Shown: positions 59,946 through 64,000 of the stretch, one piece after another | How the letters are laid out: every line of letters begins with the position of its first letter | Position numbering within the stretch: the stretch's first letter is position 1 | Assembly: GCA_041819925.1 (NCBI GenBank) | Contig: JBGYFE010000149.1 | Coordinates: 3,036-67,035 of the forward strand | Direction: 5' to 3' | DNA from: Capnocytophaga sp. | GTDB taxonomy: Bacteria; Bacteroidota; Bacteroidia; Flavobacteriales; Flavobacteriaceae | Length of the DNA: 64,000 bases | Program-made: the position numbers and the translations under genes | Notes under the pieces: model-generated | What the model was told of the DNA's origin: nothing | The model's input: the letters and a program-made list of their open reading frames with translations, nothing else | The model's database searches: none

Positions 59946-60101
59946 AGTATGTTTTTCAGTAAATTCTTAATCATTGTTCGAAAGGCACAAAGTTACAATT
60001 TTCTTTCGAAAGAAAAACGCTTTTTTTCTTTAAAAATTAAAAAAATAATCTCATCAAATAAAATGGTTTTCTATTCTTTCGTAATATATTGAAAATAAGC
60101 A

Positions 60102-61043
60102 TTAAAAGTCACCATAATTCACTTGAAAACAAGGTAAATTAAGTTCTTTTCTCCACATATCCACCACTTGATTGCGGTCATCGAGTAAAAACTCTATGAA
60201 ATATTTCCCTCGAATTTCTTGCTCAAAAATTTCCCGCTTGACGATGCTATCCTTGCGGAAATCATTTGCATTACGCATTATCAGAAGGTCATAATCAATA
60301 GCGTATTTTTCTAAAAATCGTTCTGTTGGTTCACGGTAAATATTTTCCCTTCCTGAAAGTAAAATAATTTTATATCCTTGATTTTTAGCTATTTTTAAAA
60401 GATTAGCAACAGGTTGATTTAGCAAATCTTCATCACAAGTTGATGCGTTATATGGGTCACGACCATTTAAAAGAGAAAGCGTTCCGTCTAAATCACAAAT
60501 CACGGCTCTTGGTAAGTTCATATCTTGCTCAGCGTACGTCAATCCGGATTCTTTAATTGTTCTCGGAATAGGCTGAAAATCAAATCTTTCTTGGGTCATT
60601 CGCAACTGATTTGCGTGTTTTTCAATAGCTGATTTTGGAATAAATTTCCCTATTTCAGCATTTCGTTTATCACATCGGTCAACGAGTTCTCCCACAGGCA
60701 AATCAAACACTTTAAATTGAATATCAGCATATTCTGTGTAAGTTTGTACCATATCTTCAATGGTTCGCAGCCCACAATTGGTTGCATCTATCACCACGTT
60801 GGTTTTGCTTTTCAAAAGTTCAATCACACACGCTTCTACCATTTTGGAAATACGCTCTTCATAAAAAGGAACCATTTGACTATCACCAAATTGCATCATT
60901 CTAAAATCATCTCGGTTCACACGTACCCAATTGTCTTCGGTGCGTAAAAGATACTTGGCAAAAGTAGATTTTCCTGAACCAGGTGCACCAACCAAAATAA
61001 GCAATTTTGGAAATTTATGTTTGTTAATATTTCGTGTTGTCAT
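60102..61043 (-). CDS. pnkp1: Pnkp1: T4 PseT-like 5'-kinase / 3'-phosphatase
   Basis: GAPGSGKST...NRDD.R kinase; HAD phosphatase DLDGTL, SGR, DDR; ATGA overlap with rnl. Confidence 0.92.
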   Translation of the reverse strand: MTTRNINKHKFPKLLILVGAPGSGKSTFAKYLLRTEDNWVRVNRDDFRMMQFGDSQMVPFYEERISKMVEACVIELLKSKTNVVIDATNCGLRTIEDMVQTYTEYADIQFKVFDLPVGELVDRCDKRNAEIGKFIPKSAIEKHANQLRMTQERFDFQPIPRTIKESGLTYAEQDMNLPRAVICDLDGTLSLLNGRDPYNASTCDEDLLNQPVANLLKIAKNQGYKIILLSGRENIYREPTERFLEKYAIDYDLLIMRNANDFRKDSIVKREIFEQEIRGKYFIEFLLDDRNQVVDMWRKELNLPCFQVNYGDF

Positions 61044-62224
61044 AATCTGCTATCTAATTGATTTTCTGTTTGTTCTTCTAAAATTCGGTCAAGTACCAAA
61101 TTTTTAAAATAATAATTTTCTTCGTGAATTTGATTGTAAGGGGTTTCTATCATTTTTCGGTTAATTGCCCAATCATTTATCGAACATTTTAGTTTATTTT
61201 TGATGTTACGTTTAGCGATTTGTTCTTGCAATCTATCCTGAAAATCAATTCCATACACTAATGTCAAATAATCATTATTCCGCACTTTGAATGCTGGCGG
61301 CAAACCTTTCAAGAAAGCCGTTCGGGGTTTTATCATCACGCCTTCTTCATTGCTCTGATTCACATTATTCACCCAACTCTGAATTTCAAGAAATTTTTGT
61401 TCAAAATCTTCTTGATTTTCAAATGAATAATGCAAAAAATCGTCATTATTCACTTGTTTGAAACTCAAATTGTCGTTCACAAAATGTTCTGAACCATTCG
61501 TGTAAATTTCTTTTAAAATATTGAATGGTTTAAAATAAATTTCAGCATCTTTTCCGAATATATCCAACTGATTTTTAAATAGTTGTATATTATTAGTATA
61601 ATTTTCAATATTTATAAACCGAAAATTTTTCACCGCTTCATATTGTCGGACGATATGATTTGGATATTTTTCTTTCAATTCTTTGTTAGTCAAAGACTTA
61701 ACATCTTCTTCAAAAGCGATATATTCAGGGGTTTGTCTGATTTTTTCGATTTTTTCATACAAATCAGTTTGTTGCAAATAATCCGAATAGATTTGATGAG
61801 AGATGTAATATGCTGAAAATTCATTGTTAATCAGTCCTTTACCCATTGCTGACCAAGGCATCAATTCCGATTGAATAACACGAATTTCCACATTTTCCCA
61901 CGAGAACCGTTTGTGAAGCCCTTGCAAGGCTTTGAGCCATTGTTCATTATCTAAATGGTTGATTTTAAAACCATTTCGGCTTACTAAATAGGTTTCTTCC
62001 AAGTTTTTGTGTAAGTAAATATCACAATATGACCCCATATATTTTTTCTGAATCACAATTTCAGAAACTCCATTTTTCAAAAACCATAAAATTCCCTCAT
62101 ACAAACTTTCTATTTCATTGCGTTCCAATGATTTGGGTGCAGGTGAAATGGTCGGAGAAAAAGCATTAATTTTGTTTTTACAAAACCAATCAATGCGTTT
62201 TTTTATTAAATTTTTATCTTCCAT
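61040..62224 (-). CDS. rnl: Rnl: RNA ligase (Pnkp-type nucleotidyltransferase module)
   Basis: Motif I KKYMGSY; motif IV EGVMIKP; motif V FKVR...YL.LVYG; C-terminal LDSRL; likely start MEDK at 62224. Confidence 0.9.
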   Translation of the reverse strand: MEDKNLIKKRIDWFCKNKINAFSPTISPAPKSLERNEIESLYEGILWFLKNGVSEIVIQKKYMGSYCDIYLHKNLEETYLVSRNGFKINHLDNEQWLKALQGLHKRFSWENVEIRVIQSELMPWSAMGKGLINNEFSAYYISHQIYSDYLQQTDLYEKIEKIRQTPEYIAFEEDVKSLTNKELKEKYPNHIVRQYEAVKNFRFINIENYTNNIQLFKNQLDIFGKDAEIYFKPFNILKEIYTNGSEHFVNDNLSFKQVNNDDFLHYSFENQEDFEQKFLEIQSWVNNVNQSNEEGVMIKPRTAFLKGLPPAFKVRNNDYLTLVYGIDFQDRLQEQIAKRNIKNKLKCSINDWAINRKMIETPYNQIHEENYYFKNLVLDRILEEQTENQLDSRL

Positions 62225-62232
62225 AATTACTT

Positions 62233-63546
62233 TCAAATTTTAGATTTTTCAATCACTGCCACCTGTGTCGGACAAACACCATTGATTTTGTCTCCCACAC
62301 CGTAGTAAGTAACAGTATCGTTTTTTTCTTTCATAATATTATTTATAAAACTCTGAAATTCAGATGTATTCCACTCAAAATAGTGGTCGTCGTGTCGCAT
62401 ATTTTCGGTATCGTCTGTGTAATGAATATTAAATTCGCTATTTGGTGTTGTTATTACTAACTTATTGAAATTGAACGACAAACATTGTTCTATTAACTTC
62501 TGTGCTTGTTCAGGAGTGTTGTGTTCAATAACTTCCGTTAAAATGATGTTCACGGGCTTATCATACTTAAAATCAGCTAAATCCGTAAAGAAAAACAAAT
62601 TTTCAGCATCATACCGTTCTTTGAGTACTTCGGCAAATCTCTCTGCTTCTGGGTCAATATCTACGGCAAAATATGGATGCGTATAATTGTAATTTTTTCG
62701 CATAAATCGGCGGAAGTATTTTAGTTCTCCGCAACCCACATCTAAAATAGGCAAATCGAAGCCTAATTCATTGGTAATAAAATCCATACGACATCCGTGC
62801 GTATCTGAAAATTGAAAATCAATTTCAGAATGTTTCTTGCGAAAATACGCCTCAAAAATAGGCTTAATTTCAGAAAATTGACGTTCACTTTTTACCGCTT
62901 TTTTGATAAAAAGGTAGAATACAAAATAGGGCACATCTTCAATATTGGTCAAAATTCGGGCATATTTTTGAGCAAAATGGTCATCAATATAACAAAATTC
63001 ACCATATTCATTTGTGATATGTACGGTTACTGCAATGAAACTCAATAGATTAAAAGCCTCAAAAACAGTTTTTCCTTTGATTTTCAGACTCACATTTTTG
63101 CCTATCAAGGGCGTAATCTCAATGTTTTTAAAATATTTTTCAAGTAAAAAATGACCATTTTTGTACCAAGGCGTGTTCATATAAAGATTTTTCACAACAA
63201 TGGTACATTCCTCTGTATCAACCTCTTGCTTGATTTGATTCAGCCATTTAATAGTTTGATTGAAATATGTTTCTCTCTCTTGCAGAAGCTCTTTAAAAAG
63301 TTCATTACAAATGTGTAAAATCACCAAGGGAGAGCAATAACTCTGAAAATCAATCTGATTGCTTTCTTCGGGCAAATAGCTATATCGTGTATCTTGAAAA
63401 ATCACATCATAACGATTTGAATTTAAAGCGTTTCCGATAATTTGCCCATTACGCCACAATTTTGCATAGATTCCAAAATCGGTATTTGGGTTTTTGTTCA
63501 AAATATCCAATAATTTGGGATTGTTTGATTGAATTTGTATAATCAT
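62233..63546 (-). CDS. hen1: Hen1: RNA 3'-terminal 2'-O-methyltransferase with N-terminal ligase-activating domain
   Basis: N-terminal L.KNP; LDVGCGE; EVIEH; TTPNSEFN; RHDDH.FEW...EF. Confidence 0.92.
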   Translation of the reverse strand: MIIQIQSNNPKLLDILNKNPNTDFGIYAKLWRNGQIIGNALNSNRYDVIFQDTRYSYLPEESNQIDFQSYCSPLVILHICNELFKELLQERETYFNQTIKWLNQIKQEVDTEECTIVVKNLYMNTPWYKNGHFLLEKYFKNIEITPLIGKNVSLKIKGKTVFEAFNLLSFIAVTVHITNEYGEFCYIDDHFAQKYARILTNIEDVPYFVFYLFIKKAVKSERQFSEIKPIFEAYFRKKHSEIDFQFSDTHGCRMDFITNELGFDLPILDVGCGELKYFRRFMRKNYNYTHPYFAVDIDPEAERFAEVLKERYDAENLFFFTDLADFKYDKPVNIILTEVIEHNTPEQAQKLIEQCLSFNFNKLVITTPNSEFNIHYTDDTENMRHDDHYFEWNTSEFQSFINNIMKEKNDTVTYYGVGDKINGVCPTQVAVIEKSKI

Positions 63547-63572
63547 AATCTTGTTATTTTTATTTCACGCTG

Positions 63573-63608
63573 CAAAGTAAAAAAAGAAATACGCAATGTT
63601 TTTGCGTA
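63573..63608 (-). promoter_or_regulatory. hen1 operon promoter with palindromic operator
   Basis: TTACTTTG -7-like box (63580-63573); perfect TACGCAA-N5-TTGCGTA at 63590-63608. Confidence 0.5.
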
Positions 63609-64000
63609 GTATATTTTTTTTTTGAGATTCAAAACAATTTTGATAAAGTGCAATATATCAAGAATCCATAAAAAAATTATGATTTTCCATTTTGAAACAT
63701 AAAGCCTATTCAAACTTTCCTAAAAAGAAAAGTTCCGTGAAAATTAGTATTTTTATATTGGCTAAAATACTAAAATTCAGTAACTTTAAGCAAAAATATA
63801 ACTAAAAAACGGATTTTATCTCATTTAAGTATCGGAAAATGAACTATTTCTTTACGCACTTATAATCGTGATTACAATCGGAAAAACAATGAAGTGCAAT
63901 ATAGCCCTTCTAAATATCACGGACCTACTAAATTAGACATTACAACTAATTTTGAACAACGTTTCACCACCGATTTTACTATTGACTATTCAAAAACGTT

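Noticed and set aside
56956-63546. Macro domain as a fourth component of the RNA-repair system
   Set aside because: It is on the opposite strand, separated by pheT and a terminator, and Rnl-type ligation does not produce ADP-ribose-phosphate.
60102-63546. hen1-rnl-pnkp1 as a previously undescribed system
   Set aside because: It matches the described Capnocytophaga Pnkp1-Rnl-Hen1 complex; only its regulation and in vivo role are open.
63839-64000. Open + frame TISLRTYNRDYNRKNNEVQYSPSK... running off the window, one base out of frame with ATG 63839
   Set aside because: It could be a third +1 A frameshift or use a GTG start, but only ~50 codons are visible and no family is recognisable.

Overview
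AT-rich Bacteroidota (Flavobacteriaceae) chromosome, most consistent with Capnocytophaga. The evidence is TAnnTTTG promoter boxes, gldH, Bacteroidota-type T6SS genes and a Pnkp1-Rnl-Hen1 operon. (1) 1-6.3 kb: one edge of a type VI secretion (T6SSiii) locus, with tssO-like x2, tssP, tssR and an Hcp/TssD-domain fusion that runs off the window and is missing from the ORF track; a divergent orphan NarL-type regulator follows. (2) 6.3-21.2 kb: an ICE/CTn backbone abutting the T6SS (methylase-SNF2 helicase, DUF1896, orphan AbiEi, topB, DUF3945, two HTH/Xis genes, a frameshifted primase-AAA, rteC). It has no integrase, relaxase or tra genes in the window and ends in a perfect 61-bp palindrome, back-to-back promoters and an att-like motif. 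(3) 21.3-26.8 kb: partly accessory genes (AraC + DUF417, DUF5103, U32, a low-GC Abi-like gene). (4) 26.8-60 kb: housekeeping genes, including an lpxK split by a +1 frameshift in an A9 run. (5) 60.1-63.6 kb: the hen1-rnl-pnkp1 RNA-repair operon with a candidate palindromic operator. No rRNA, tRNA or CRISPR array was seen. Family assignments come from motif recognition and recall, not database searches, and GC remarks are by eye. The best leads are the ICE end/palindrome with a missing integrase, the T6SS-ICE juxtaposition, and the Hcp-effector fusion with a stranded copy of its own 5' end.
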